Sequence record: NC_048016.1
Direction: 5' to 3' (one strand)
DNA: 64,000 nucleotides
A program made the translations under genes and the position numbers. Numbering within the stretch: position 1 is the first letter of the stretch; each line of letters starts with the position of its first letter. The notes under the pieces are model-generated. The model did not search any database and was not told the DNA's origin. It saw only the letters and a list, made by a program, of their open reading frames with translations. This document shows, piece after piece, positions 9,208-18,822 of the stretch.

Positions 9208-9741
9208 ATGCGAATTCGTTTTTACCCATCGTGGGTGGATCAACCTAACATAGATAATGCGGCCGCCAGTAAAAAGTTAGAAGAGCTACAAGCGGAGTTC
9301 TTTAACTGGTTATATGACTGCCCGCAGGGGTTTAGTTCCAAGCTGTTACCGGAACAGTCTCCTGTCGCATTGTTTAAATCGTTTATGGCAGCAGACCCTG
9401 CTCCCATTAAATATTATGACCAAGTGCTTAACTTGGTTGAGAAAGGTACGGAAAGCTCGCTCGCCGATTTATATGGGCTAACGAGTTCCGCTGAGTTACG
9501 CTGGGTCTTCTCCCAACGTAATGATATGATTGTCGCCACGTTGTCAGAAGCGAAACCCCACCACTCACATGTGAGTTTTTCGATTGACGACGACAAGGCA
9601 GCAAAGAAGACGTTCTGCGCAGAACTTTTTAAATATGTGCGTACCAAGACTCGCGTCGTGGATGATTCGTTCAGCACTTCAACGCAGTTTGCTACACATC
9701 AGGTGCTGACGCAAATTTACGCATGTCATTTATTCAACTAG
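9208..9741 (+). CDS. Conserved hypothetical protein upstream of MCP (177 aa)
   Basis: ATG 9208 behind GGAG; listed 9106 start lies inside the helicase; syntenic position. Confidence 0.7.
   Translation: MRIRFYPSWVDQPNIDNAAASKKLEELQAEFFNWLYDCPQGFSSKLLPEQSPVALFKSFMAADPAPIKYYDQVLNLVEKGTESSLADLYGLTSSAELRWVFSQRNDMIVATLSEAKPHHSHVSFSIDDDKAAKKTFCAELFKYVRTKTRVVDDSFSTSTQFATHQVLTQIYACHLFN
9248..9274 (-). promoter_or_regulatory. Candidate helicase promoter TTTTAC-N16-TATGT embedded in the opposite gene
   Basis: + strand ACATA(9248-52)...GTAAAA(9269-74), 54 nt upstream of the helicase ATG. Confidence 0.5.
9613..9638 (+). promoter_or_regulatory. Candidate MCP promoter variant TTCTGC-N15-TATGT
   Basis: Same spacing as the bipartite motif, about 110 nt upstream of MCP; inside a CDS so could be chance. 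Confidence 0.35.
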
Positions 9742-9747
9742 AGAATT

Positions 9748-12063
9748 GTGAAGATGATTAAAGATACTCGAATCACCCAGCTGGAGCAGCTTATCGACGC
9801 AGGCAATGCTCTGGTAATGTCGCACAAAGGCACTACTGCCGCCACTGACATGTGGAACCAGGTCGTTGCAGGCGAGTCAATCCGCCGTGCTAATAACGAT
9901 GCTTTCACCGTTACCCGCGATTCTGCACAGGTTAAATATAACTCTGTTAGCGGCAAGAAAATGGGCTTCGCAGCTCAGGTTGCATCAAACATGATTCTGG
10001 CAGCGTCGTCTGACCCAGAAGAGTTCGCAACCAAAGTTGCTACCGAATCAAGCAATGCCAAATACAACAGCTATATGGACGTTGCTTACCCGGGTAGCGC
10101 TGCTGGCGACGACTACGGCAAAAATCCATTCGTTGGTACCGAGTATTACACCAACAAAGATCTGGATAAAAACCTCGGTCTGACCTGGACTCTGAACGTT
10201 CGTGCACTGGAAACCCAGTCCAAGTTCGCAGAAACCCTGTTCCCAACCATCACCGTTGAAAGCAACGATGTTGGTATCACCGTGCGTACTAAAGTAACCA
10301 CGGTAACTCGCGGTGTTCTGAACGCCCTGCTGGCGAAAGACAGCGTGATCGATGACCGTCAGCCGCTGCATAACGCTCTGTCTAACCACAAAGTGCTGCA
10401 GGATGACGCAATCCGTATCGTTCCTTACGTAATGGAAGATGGCTCTAACGCCGAATTCTTCGTACCGGAAGATGTGATTGCCAACGAAACCGTTCGTCTG
10501 GGCCGCGTACCTGCGTACCCAACTAACTACCTGAGCTTCGACAAGCAACAGCTGAACCTGTTCCGCCTTGCCGCGCATCCGGGTATCGTTGCTGAAGGCT
10601 ACGACGAAACTGACGAAATCGCGCCGGGTGCTGCACTGGGCCAGATTCTGCTGTCAGTTCGTAAAGCTGGTGAAGATGTTAAAGACGGCTCACTGTTCAA
10701 ACTGACCACGCGCGACATGCAGTTCGCCAGCTTCCAGCGTCCTGCTGAAGGTGAAGGTCGTGAACTGATCCTGAACTTCCGTCACACCCTGTTCGCAATG
10801 AACGGCGAAACTCTGGATTGGCAGGGCAAAGCAATGCCTGCGCTGGAATCGCTGAAGCAGAACGACTACACCCTGCGTTACGTTGTTAACGTCACCATGA
10901 GCCTGTTCACTAACGGACAGCGTTCTGGCTGGGTAGAAATCACTGGTAAAACGCTGCGCGTTGATTCTGTGGTTGATGGTACCGGCATGTCTCTGCCTAT
11001 CGACAGCGGCTCTGTTAAAACCATCCTCGACAACATCAAAATCGATCTGGTCGGCTGGCGCTTCGATGGTACTCGTACCAACGAAAACCGGAGAACCCAG
11101 GGCTTGCTGCTGGACCCAGTTTGGGAACAGGAGAACTACAAGCTGCAGTACGGTTCACCAATCCTGACCAAATCACCGGTCGGTGTTGAGTACGACGACG
11201 CTGAGCGTCTGGATGACCTCGTTTCTGCGGTAAACATCCGTAACGAAATGCTGGCCATCACCCAGACCCTGAACTACACCGAAGCTGTTCGCGATGTGTT
11301 CAAAACCATGGTAACACAGTGGGATAAACCTGCTATCCGTGGTCTGGGTCGTCACTGGGTTGGCGCATGGTACAACGAAAGCGATTACGACGTCTCTAAA
11401 GTTATCCAGTCTCTGGATACTAAAGATGCGCTGATCAACGCCCGTCAGGGTCTGATGCAGCGTCTGGGTGACCAGGTGACCCGTGCGATTCAGGACAGCC
11501 GCTACATGCCGGCTCTGCGCCTGCTGACCGCTGATCCGAACGCCCTGCCAAAAGTTATCATCGCAACCGATGAACCAACTGCGGCAATGATGCTGCTGAG
11601 CACCGGTGAAACCCGTCTGCTGGGCGACCGCTACGACTTCGAAGTTATCACCACCAACGATGACCGCTGGCGTGTGAAGAACCAAGAAGACGGTAGCTGG
11701 ACTCGTCGTCTGCAGTGGATGCTGAAGGTTGCTAACGTTGAGGACGGTTCTTACTGCGTCCTGAACTGGGGTAACCACTTCTGGTCACCAATCATGGTTA
11801 CCAACATCAACATCCAGCGTAACGGTTCAACGTCTAAAGAACTGGCTGTGCAGCCGCGCAACGCGCACATCTGCCACTGCCCGATCACTGGCGTTATCTG
11901 GGTTAAAGGTATCACCAAATTCGTTGAAGAGCGTCTGGCGTACTTCGTCAACGTTATCGACGATGGCACCACCAACACCGGCGGCACTAACGCTGGTGAT
12001 GTTGGCGCAGGTACCACTGCTCCGGCTACCGGTAGCACCACTGCTCCAGCCACTGGTTCTTAA
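9748..12063 (+). CDS. Major capsid protein (phiKZ-type, about 770 aa)
   Basis: Size, strongly biased high-expression codon usage, motifs FAETLFPTITV and HICHCPITGVIWVKG, position next to helicase; candidate maturation sites ATE100 and ALE155; start may be ATG 9754. Confidence 0.88.
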   Translation: MKMIKDTRITQLEQLIDAGNALVMSHKGTTAATDMWNQVVAGESIRRANNDAFTVTRDSAQVKYNSVSGKKMGFAAQVASNMILAASSDPEEFATKVATESSNAKYNSYMDVAYPGSAAGDDYGKNPFVGTEYYTNKDLDKNLGLTWTLNVRALETQSKFAETLFPTITVESNDVGITVRTKVTTVTRGVLNALLAKDSVIDDRQPLHNALSNHKVLQDDAIRIVPYVMEDGSNAEFFVPEDVIANETVRLGRVPAYPTNYLSFDKQQLNLFRLAAHPGIVAEGYDETDEIAPGAALGQILLSVRKAGEDVKDGSLFKLTTRDMQFASFQRPAEGEGRELILNFRHTLFAMNGETLDWQGKAMPALESLKQNDYTLRYVVNVTMSLFTNGQRSGWVEITGKTLRVDSVVDGTGMSLPIDSGSVKTILDNIKIDLVGWRFDGTRTNENRRTQGLLLDPVWEQENYKLQYGSPILTKSPVGVEYDDAERLDDLVSAVNIRNEMLAITQTLNYTEAVRDVFKTMVTQWDKPAIRGLGRHWVGAWYNESDYDVSKVIQSLDTKDALINARQGLMQRLGDQVTRAIQDSRYMPALRLLTADPNALPKVIIATDEPTAAMMLLSTGETRLLGDRYDFEVITTNDDRWRVKNQEDGSWTRRLQWMLKVANVEDGSYCVLNWGNHFWSPIMVTNINIQRNGSTSKELAVQPRNAHICHCPITGVIWVKGITKFVEERLAYFVNVIDDGTTNTGGTNAGDVGAGTTAPATGSTTAPATGS
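12013..12060 (+). repeat. Imperfect 24-bp tandem repeat encoding TTAPATGS x2
   Basis: accactgctccggctaccggtagc / accactgctccagccactggttct. Confidence 0.85.
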
Positions 12064-12087
12064 TCAGTAGCTAAGCTGTGAAAAGAG

Positions 12088-12125
12088 ACCTACCTCCTTC
12101 GGGAGGTAGGTTTATCTTTTTTATT
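12088..12125 (+). terminator. MCP terminator
   Basis: ACCTACCTCC-TTCG-GGAGGTAGGT then T-rich tract. Confidence 0.88.
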
Positions 12126-12132
12126 TTATTTT

Positions 12133-12157
12133 TTTAGAGATAGATATTATCAATGTG
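12133..12157 (+). promoter_or_regulatory. Candidate early promoter, copy 2
   Basis: TTTAGAGATAGATATTAT-caat-GTG. Confidence 0.7.
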
Positions 12158-12187
12158 CATACCTCACATTTTCTAAGGATCTATTTC

Positions 12188-12880
12188 ATGAAACACGAAC
12201 GCCCTTATCTTCGTTTCCAACTTAACGATAAGATCGTCATCCGGCCACTGTGTGGCGGACGCGTATTCGAACTTGCTGGGAGTGTCGACCCCATCGACTA
12301 TCTCGACCAAAGAGAACGCAAGCACTGGCAGCCTGAAGTACGGTTGCGCCCGGTTGAAGTAGAGGCGCTAAAAGCATGGCTCTCGCTATATACCCCGTAC
12401 GAGAGTAAAACGCGCGGGCCAGATTCATTGACACTGTCAGGCGTTATCTTCGAAATAGATGGGGACAGTTATGAGCGCAAGTCGCTTAGTACCAATGCCA
12501 TTGAAGCGATGGAGGCGCTTGGGTTCAATAACGATAACCCATTCGAGTACGTCCCCAACCGGGGCTATTTCTACCATCGCGATCTCGGAATAAAGATAAT
12601 CAAATCCTCGGAAGGGGATGGGTGTTATCTGGTAGACGTTTTGCTGGACATAGAGCAGCGCTGGATTGGTAAAACAACGCTTAGTCAGTCTCAGGCATAC
12701 CTTCCGCTATCACATGCCGCTGTGACGCTTGCAGACCGCCTGATGGGCATCATTAGCATGCAGACTGCACCCGACAAAGGTTACGACGTGGTTTTACGCA
12801 ACGGTATCGGTGAACTGAGCCTGCTCCAAAGCACTGACCGTTTGGCCCTGTCCCAAATCGTAGAAGACTTAATTCGATAA
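12188..12880 (+). CDS. Early hypothetical protein, paralog 1 of triplet (230 aa)
   Basis: TAAGGA RBS; shares motifs with next two ORFs. Confidence 0.7.
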   Translation: MKHERPYLRFQLNDKIVIRPLCGGRVFELAGSVDPIDYLDQRERKHWQPEVRLRPVEVEALKAWLSLYTPYESKTRGPDSLTLSGVIFEIDGDSYERKSLSTNAIEAMEALGFNNDNPFEYVPNRGYFYHRDLGIKIIKSSEGDGCYLVDVLLDIEQRWIGKTTLSQSQAYLPLSHAAVTLADRLMGIISMQTAPDKGYDVVLRNGIGELSLLQSTDRLALSQIVEDLIR

Positions 12881-12891
12881 GGAGTATTTAA

Positions 12892-13554
12892 ATGAAAGAG
12901 TTGTTTGATACCAATGCACACGCCATTCGTGAAATCGGCTACGACACAAAGACAAATGAACACTTTATTGAAATTGATGTTATCCGCATCGCCACCCCAG
13001 CACAGCATCGTATCGTCATTAGCGAGCCTGAGTACATCGCCCTCTGCGGCTGGATACAGCTCGCTTTAACGGCCGACCCGTACGTTTTGATTCAGGATTT
13101 TCCTATCACGCAACTCATCCTGCGTACGGTGTCCATTCGTATCCTTGATATCCGCCAAGACGCGAAGCGGATGCGTGAGGTCATTAGCGACACCTACGTA
13201 CAGCAAGAACGCTGGGAACGGTATTGCGTGGAAGAGCTGAACAAAGAAAAGCAGTTCTTCTGGGAACCGCCATACAAGCGTTTCGGCTTCCAGTACAACA
13301 ACGCCGGCAGCTTCATCTACTACACGCTGGAACGCGTTGCGGCTTGTCCACAGGTTGATACGGGCCATTTGCCTGACGTGGCAGAGAAGCTCGTTGACAT
13401 CGCACAATCGTCATTGTTCCCACGGGTGGACTACGAGTTGCAGTTACGCTGGCGTAACGGACAGACCGGTATTGATGCTGGCTATGCCACGGTTGCCCGT
13501 ATTGATAAGAATGCCATTCTGGCGATGGGCCGTTTATTAGGAGGTAAGAAATGA
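12892..13554 (+). CDS. Early hypothetical protein, paralog 2 of triplet (220 aa)
   Basis: TAAGGAGTATT RBS. Confidence 0.75.
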   Translation: MKELFDTNAHAIREIGYDTKTNEHFIEIDVIRIATPAQHRIVISEPEYIALCGWIQLALTADPYVLIQDFPITQLILRTVSIRILDIRQDAKRMREVISDTYVQQERWERYCVEELNKEKQFFWEPPYKRFGFQYNNAGSFIYYTLERVAACPQVDTGHLPDVAEKLVDIAQSSLFPRVDYELQLRWRNGQTGIDAGYATVARIDKNAILAMGRLLGGKK

Positions 13555-14195
13555 GAAAGATAGCACTCTCAGAGATTGACAGTTTCGGTAAAAGTGAACA
13601 ACGGATGTCCTACTGCATCTTTCTTAATTCGAAAGGGCCGGACAGTGCGAACGGTAACAATGAGTTCATCAAAGTCACACCGGCTCAAGCCGATGCTCTG
13701 CACACCTTCCTAAAGGCCATGAACAATCCAGACGTCATTGTCAAGTTCCCAGAGTGGCGTACCCTTACCCTCGGCGATGTCCAGATCAGTGCAGTGGGTG
13801 ACCGCCATCCGATGGTGCAACCAATGAAGGAGCAGGACATCACCGTGGAGCACTATCGTCAATGGGCAAAGGAGATTATCCGCCGCTCGATGAATATCAG
13901 CTTCATGGAAGTCATCCGTTTGCCGAATGCTGGCTTTTTATCGGTAACCGGCGACTGGGCACTGTATCCCCGCGCCAACGACTTCGTACTCGCCTACCTG
14001 CGACCTGAGATGTCAGATGCTGCACCGCCCACTAACGTTGTGGCGTTGGGTGAAAGACTGCGGAAGATCGCTAAATCTGAGCTGGTAAAAGATGGGGAGC
14101 TCGTCCTCAAGAGTGATGGTTTCCATTGCGATCTGGGCCCCATTACCAACGCCGAACTTATCTACATCGCAGAAAGTATTCTCCCGCGTCAGTAG
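13551..14195 (+). CDS. Early hypothetical protein, paralog 3 of triplet (214 aa)
   Basis: AGGAGG RBS, ATGA overlap. Confidence 0.75.
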   Translation: MRKIALSEIDSFGKSEQRMSYCIFLNSKGPDSANGNNEFIKVTPAQADALHTFLKAMNNPDVIVKFPEWRTLTLGDVQISAVGDRHPMVQPMKEQDITVEHYRQWAKEIIRRSMNISFMEVIRLPNAGFLSVTGDWALYPRANDFVLAYLRPEMSDAAPPTNVVALGERLRKIAKSELVKDGELVLKSDGFHCDLGPITNAELIYIAESILPRQ

Positions 14196-14201
14196 ATTTA
14201 C

Positions 14202-14238
14202 CCCCTAACCCTTGCGGTTAGGGGTTCTTCTCTTTTTT
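14202..14238 (+). terminator. Intrinsic terminator
   Basis: CCCCTAACC-CTTGC-GGTTAGGGG then T tract. Confidence 0.8.
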
Positions 14239-14260
14239 ACATCAGCCGCACACTGTATGT
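14235..14260 (+). promoter_or_regulatory. Bipartite promoter candidate TTTTAC-N15-TATGT
   Basis: Exact motif, also at 42567 and 46875. Confidence 0.55.
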
Positions 14261-14280
14261 GCGCTCACGTTGTAAAGAAA

Positions 14281-14303
14281 ATGAGATAGATGTTATCTAG
14301 GTG
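14281..14303 (+). promoter_or_regulatory. Candidate early promoter, copy 3
   Basis: ATGAGATAGATGTTAT-ctag-GTG; upstream of the operon carrying the nvRNAP subunit. Confidence 0.6.
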
Positions 14304-14333
14304 ATACTGTTGCACTATTTAACTGGATAGCCG

Positions 14334-15338
14334 ATGAATCGAATCGATTTAGACGTAGAGCCGAGCGTCGTGCCGACCCCTGTCAACGTCGGGGGCTTAG
14401 TGAAGTCCATGACCGTCATTAACAACACAGGCTTACCCATCTTCATGACTGACCCCACAGGCAGTCACGTGGTGATACATCCGAATCATGATGTCATCTC
14501 AATGGATTCCGTTGTGGTGTATGTCACGCATCGGGTGAGGAATGGGGGCGGTAACTTATCGGGCTTGCTCGATGATGTGCCACCAAAGCTTGCGGCGCAA
14601 ATGGTTGAGGATTTCAAACGTCGGGGCGAGTGTACTGTAATGTACACCATTGGTGAGATTGATGCACTGCTGCGGGGTGAGTTGTTGCTGATAAAGAAAC
14701 TCGGTGTGGGTTTCTCTATCAAACCTGTGGATGTCGATAAGACACCAGTGCGAACATCAATGCGAAACAAAGCAAGTTTGGTGTTGGGGGTAGTGGTGGT
14801 ACAAAAGCATGGCGATCCGAGAATCATTCGGCACGTGCGGTACTACACCACTGTCATCGCCGTTGAACCTATGCGCTCACGCTTCTTTGAAGAGGGCGTG
14901 TATCTGACCATCTCAGGTGGGGAATGTGTCGAAGAAGGCAGCATGCTACGCTTTGGGTTTGATGAGGCCATCTCACCGTTTCGGTGTTTTGAGACTCGTG
15001 AAGAAGCCAAGGCCTTCCGTTGGGAAGATGCACTGCCGGATATCCGTGATGCGAAGCGACAGCTGGAAACTCAGTTGTTGGAAAGTCAATCGCAGATGGA
15101 TGAACGTAAACAAGCCATGGAGCTTGAACACAAAACCCGCATGAATGATCTCGCTATCGAAAAAGAGAGGGTGGCTGCGTACTATCGCGACCGAGAACTA
15201 GAAACCAAACAGAAACAAGAAGAGCGCAAAGACCATTACGAGAGCAGGTCCCTAGTTCGCAAGGACGGCTCCGAAACTTTGAAAATGATACCAGCATTCC
15301 TTGCCGCCGGGCTTACGGTAGTGGGGTTGCTATTATAG
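14334..15338 (+). CDS. Conserved hypothetical protein with C-terminal coiled coil and hydrophobic tail (334 aa)
   Basis: Charged coiled coil followed by MIPAFLAAGLTVVGLLL; syntenic position before the RNAP subunit. Confidence 0.7.
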   Translation: MNRIDLDVEPSVVPTPVNVGGLVKSMTVINNTGLPIFMTDPTGSHVVIHPNHDVISMDSVVVYVTHRVRNGGGNLSGLLDDVPPKLAAQMVEDFKRRGECTVMYTIGEIDALLRGELLLIKKLGVGFSIKPVDVDKTPVRTSMRNKASLVLGVVVVQKHGDPRIIRHVRYYTTVIAVEPMRSRFFEEGVYLTISGGECVEEGSMLRFGFDEAISPFRCFETREEAKAFRWEDALPDIRDAKRQLETQLLESQSQMDERKQAMELEHKTRMNDLAIEKERVAAYYRDRELETKQKQEERKDHYESRSLVRKDGSETLKMIPAFLAAGLTVVGLLL

Positions 15339-15349
15339 CGAGGTGACGC

Positions 15350-17119
15350 GTGTTTAAAGATGCCATACGACGACTTCAGGAGGATAAACGCATTGCTACG
15401 TTTAACCGTGCAGTTGCAGAAGGTGTAGGTTACACCCAAGCAAAGGACGGGATACACGAGCGTGTCAACACAATCCTTCGACGGGAACTAACCTACGACC
15501 GGGATAATAACCCACGTCTGCCAGAAGGGTTAGGTTATGTTGGCTATCGCTTTATGTCGCCTTTTGAATCATTCATCTTTAAAATCAGTCGACAAGACAG
15601 CCGCAGTGGCCGTGGTAAAGCACCGATTACAATTGCTGAAACCGATACGTACATGATTGGCGCTCGCTTCCGTATTCCGGGAGAAAGTAAAGTCTTGACT
15701 CGTCCGATGTATCTGCCGTTTATCCGTCGCGGTGGGTTGATGAATTACTGGGGCACAAGCTACCATGTTGCACCGGTTATCCACCAACCCGGGATCTGCC
15801 AAGAGCATAACGGCCTGTTTGTAAACTTCGACTTCACCCGCAAGGTGTCCCTGAAGTTTGGCAAGCACCCTGTGAAGATACTGGTGAATGGTCGCAAGGA
15901 AGAGTTGTACATTCCGGGCACATCGAACCTGTATACACCGAAGAACCCAACCGGGCACGACGCGGATGAAAAGCCGTTGGTGTACTGGCTGTTCGGTAAG
16001 TACGGTTTCACCGATGCTATCAAACGGTATACCGGCGTGGATGTGAAAATCATTCCAGCTTACACCATCCCGGAAGTGGACTTAGAAGAGAACGTCATTA
16101 TCTCTTCGGGTGCTGACCCGCGTGTGTCTCGTACGATTCAATACGCGCTTCAGTTGCCAGTGTCTGCTTTCCCGAACATGGATAAGCCACGTTGGGAGCA
16201 AGACGAGCACACCTTGCTGGTGATGTGTGGTGCCTTCTTTAAAGCAGCGCACTATTACGCCAGTAAGCAGAACAGTCGCAGTGGCTTGAGCCAACTGACC
16301 CCACTGTTCACCAAGCTCGATGAATTCTCGCAAGAAGAGGATGTGGCGAACCTGAACTCACCCGGCGTCTGGAAAGAAGTCTTGGGTCGCAGTATCATGG
16401 GAACCAAAACCTCGGATGTGGAATTGCATCGCAGTATGGCGACACACTTCGGCGAGTGTCCGCGTTACTTAAGCGACACGTTCCGCGGTGAGTTGATGGT
16501 GTCAGACCCGGATATCGATCCGGACATGGATACCTTCGACTTTTTAATGTACGCCACCAAGCTCATGATTCGTACCCGCCTGACTCGCCAAGACGACATC
16601 CCGTCGATGTTTGGCAAGCGTCTGACGGTGGTGGATTATCTGTTGCTTGGCACGCAGGGCTTTACCAGTACGGTATCCCGTATTCGTTGGAAGCTGGAAG
16701 GCTTGGATGATAAGTCATCTGAGAGTTGCGGCACCACGGTGAAAGGACACCTGAACAAAGACATCAACCACAATCTCGTTACGCGCAGTATCACCAGTAA
16801 CGGGGCCATCAGTTTCTTCAACGCGTCTACCGAATCCATGGTACTGGCTGTGTCAACGCATGCCATCAGCCAGACGGAAACGGATAACAAGAAGAAGAAA
16901 GGTGGTAAGACAGTTAACCTGAACGACCGTACGAAACACGCCAGTGCTTCCCATGCGGTGTGTGGTAACATCTACTACGTTCCGAAGTCAAGCCCGTACA
17001 AATACGGTATCCTCAACCAGTACATGCAGACATCACGTAATCTCGTGATGGGCTACAACCCGAAACTCGAAACCGTTGTCCGTGAAACACAGGACGATAT
17101 CTCGAAGATCGGTCGATAA
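15350..17119 (+). CDS. Non-virion RNA polymerase beta-like subunit, N-terminal part (phiKZ gp123-type, 589 aa)
   Basis: GTG start with GAGGTG RBS; MYLPFIRRGG..YWGTSYHVAPV and MFGKRLTV motifs; size and position downstream of MCP. Confidence 0.72.
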   Translation: MFKDAIRRLQEDKRIATFNRAVAEGVGYTQAKDGIHERVNTILRRELTYDRDNNPRLPEGLGYVGYRFMSPFESFIFKISRQDSRSGRGKAPITIAETDTYMIGARFRIPGESKVLTRPMYLPFIRRGGLMNYWGTSYHVAPVIHQPGICQEHNGLFVNFDFTRKVSLKFGKHPVKILVNGRKEELYIPGTSNLYTPKNPTGHDADEKPLVYWLFGKYGFTDAIKRYTGVDVKIIPAYTIPEVDLEENVIISSGADPRVSRTIQYALQLPVSAFPNMDKPRWEQDEHTLLVMCGAFFKAAHYYASKQNSRSGLSQLTPLFTKLDEFSQEEDVANLNSPGVWKEVLGRSIMGTKTSDVELHRSMATHFGECPRYLSDTFRGELMVSDPDIDPDMDTFDFLMYATKLMIRTRLTRQDDIPSMFGKRLTVVDYLLLGTQGFTSTVSRIRWKLEGLDDKSSESCGTTVKGHLNKDINHNLVTRSITSNGAISFFNASTESMVLAVSTHAISQTETDNKKKKGGKTVNLNDRTKHASASHAVCGNIYYVPKSSPYKYGILNQYMQTSRNLVMGYNPKLETVVRETQDDISKIGR

Positions 17120-17153
17120 ATAAAAACCTAATTTAAACCGCAAGGAGTAACAG

Positions 17154-18764
17154 ATGTCGAACGTAACTATGGAACAAATTCAGAATATCCTGCGTCAAGC
17201 AAAAGGCAATGATGCGGTGCTGGCAAAACTGCTGGAAGCGGCTACTGCCAAAAACATGCAACTGGGTGATGCTGCAAAGATCGCACATGCTATCGCACAG
17301 ATTGCACTGGCGAAAGGTGTGGATCAGAGCACGGCTATCAACTCGCTGGTTGATGCATTTAAGGCAGCGGTGTATCAGGGTCTGGTACAACGTGGCGAGC
17401 GTTTCCCGGATGCCAACCTGCACAACAGCTTAACCACCACGTTCAACAATGCCGTTGCGCTGATTAAGTCGCATCAGCAGAACAACGGTGGCGGTCTGTT
17501 AGGCGGTGGTAACACCGGTACCAGCATTCTGGGCGCACCGAACGGTGGTGGTGTGAGCGTGGCATTGGGCGGTGGCGGTGGTATCCCACTGACTGTTGAA
17601 CCTTCTGCTCCGTCCAACCCGAACTCGGAAGCAGGCTTGTCTGTGTTGACGTCTGGCAGTGTTCCTGCACCGACCCCAGCGCCAGTACAGCAGCCTACGG
17701 GTCACGACCTGCTGGCCACAGCACAGGTTGCCCCTTCTACGCAAAACGGCGCACAGTTGACGGTCCTGACCGGACAGTCTGACAACCGTGAGTTAAACGA
17801 CAGTGTCTTCAACGTGATGGACGATAACATGGAAAACTACGCAGCGCATGAATTAGAAGTGAAAGTTGAGCAGGTATCTAAACCCGCTAAACAAGCGAAC
17901 GCTGATGTGAAGTTGTTCACTGACGGCGGTAGCTGGCGTAAAGAGCTTGCTGACATCACTGAGAAAGATGCAAGCGCTGTGTACTTCGAAGATGCTGACA
18001 TTCTGGTGCGTCTGGATGAAGATGTGCGTACCTATTACGTGGGTCATGAAGATTCCGATCGCGATATGATTCGCAGCTTCTACGAAACACATCGTAATCT
18101 GATGTCGAATCTGTGCAAAGCACAGACCACTGACGATATCGATAAGCTCATTGCGCTGGTGCAGGGTGTGATTGCTACCCTGCGCAAGAATGCCGTCGAG
18201 CTGCATCAGAAAGTGAACGAAGGCAAGTTCAGCACCGTCACCACCGCCGGTGAAGTGCGTCGCTTTGTTAACAGCTATCTGTATCTGGTCGATATCCACG
18301 TTCACAATGCGCTGTCGATCATGACGCAGGGCGGCACTAAACTGCCAAACGGTCGTATCGTATCGCTGGAACGTAAAGCAGAAGATCTCGAATACTTCAC
18401 CACGAACGTATACGAATCCACTGTGGCGGAAAACGGTACCAGCACGGAAGAAGATTGGTTCCGTGAACTGCTGGAAATGGTTGCGGTGTCGCTGGGCAAA
18501 CACAGCGTGCGTTGTGAAGGCGAAGGCACAGTGCTGCTGTTGTCCCACACCATTGCAACCGTGGTTATTCCGGGCATGTATGCAGCGGTGGATAAGGATC
18601 ACACCATCGGCTCACACACACTGGCCTCAACGGCGGATGCTATCTCTGATATCTACGAAGAGCTCTACAAGCATAAGCCGGGTATGAACGTGGTGCTGGA
18701 AACGCCAACCTCGCGTCACCTGCTGCTGAGCAGTGGTGGTGTGGGCGCTGCCATCCGTTACTAA
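17154..18764 (+). CDS. Hypothetical protein with Gly/Pro-rich linker (536 aa)
   Basis: GCAAGGAGTAAC RBS; helical N-terminal domain, low-complexity linker, globular C-terminal domain. Confidence 0.8.
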   Translation: MSNVTMEQIQNILRQAKGNDAVLAKLLEAATAKNMQLGDAAKIAHAIAQIALAKGVDQSTAINSLVDAFKAAVYQGLVQRGERFPDANLHNSLTTTFNNAVALIKSHQQNNGGGLLGGGNTGTSILGAPNGGGVSVALGGGGGIPLTVEPSAPSNPNSEAGLSVLTSGSVPAPTPAPVQQPTGHDLLATAQVAPSTQNGAQLTVLTGQSDNRELNDSVFNVMDDNMENYAAHELEVKVEQVSKPAKQANADVKLFTDGGSWRKELADITEKDASAVYFEDADILVRLDEDVRTYYVGHEDSDRDMIRSFYETHRNLMSNLCKAQTTDDIDKLIALVQGVIATLRKNAVELHQKVNEGKFSTVTTAGEVRRFVNSYLYLVDIHVHNALSIMTQGGTKLPNGRIVSLERKAEDLEYFTTNVYESTVAENGTSTEEDWFRELLEMVAVSLGKHSVRCEGEGTVLLLSHTIATVVIPGMYAAVDKDHTIGSHTLASTADAISDIYEELYKHKPGMNVVLETPTSRHLLLSSGGVGAAIRY

Positions 18765-18771
18765 GTTAAAC

Positions 18772-18803
18772 AGGGAGACTTCGGTCTCCCTTTTCTTTTA
18801 TTT
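18772..18803 (+). terminator. Intrinsic terminator
   Basis: AGGGAGAC-TTCG-GTCTCCCT then T tract. Confidence 0.85.
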
Positions 18804-18822
18804 AATAGCAAGGAGTAATAAA

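Noticed and set aside
17853-18602. 249-aa minus-strand ORF, and similar ones within MCP (10048..10578, 11173..11778)
   Set aside because: Antisense shadows of highly biased genes
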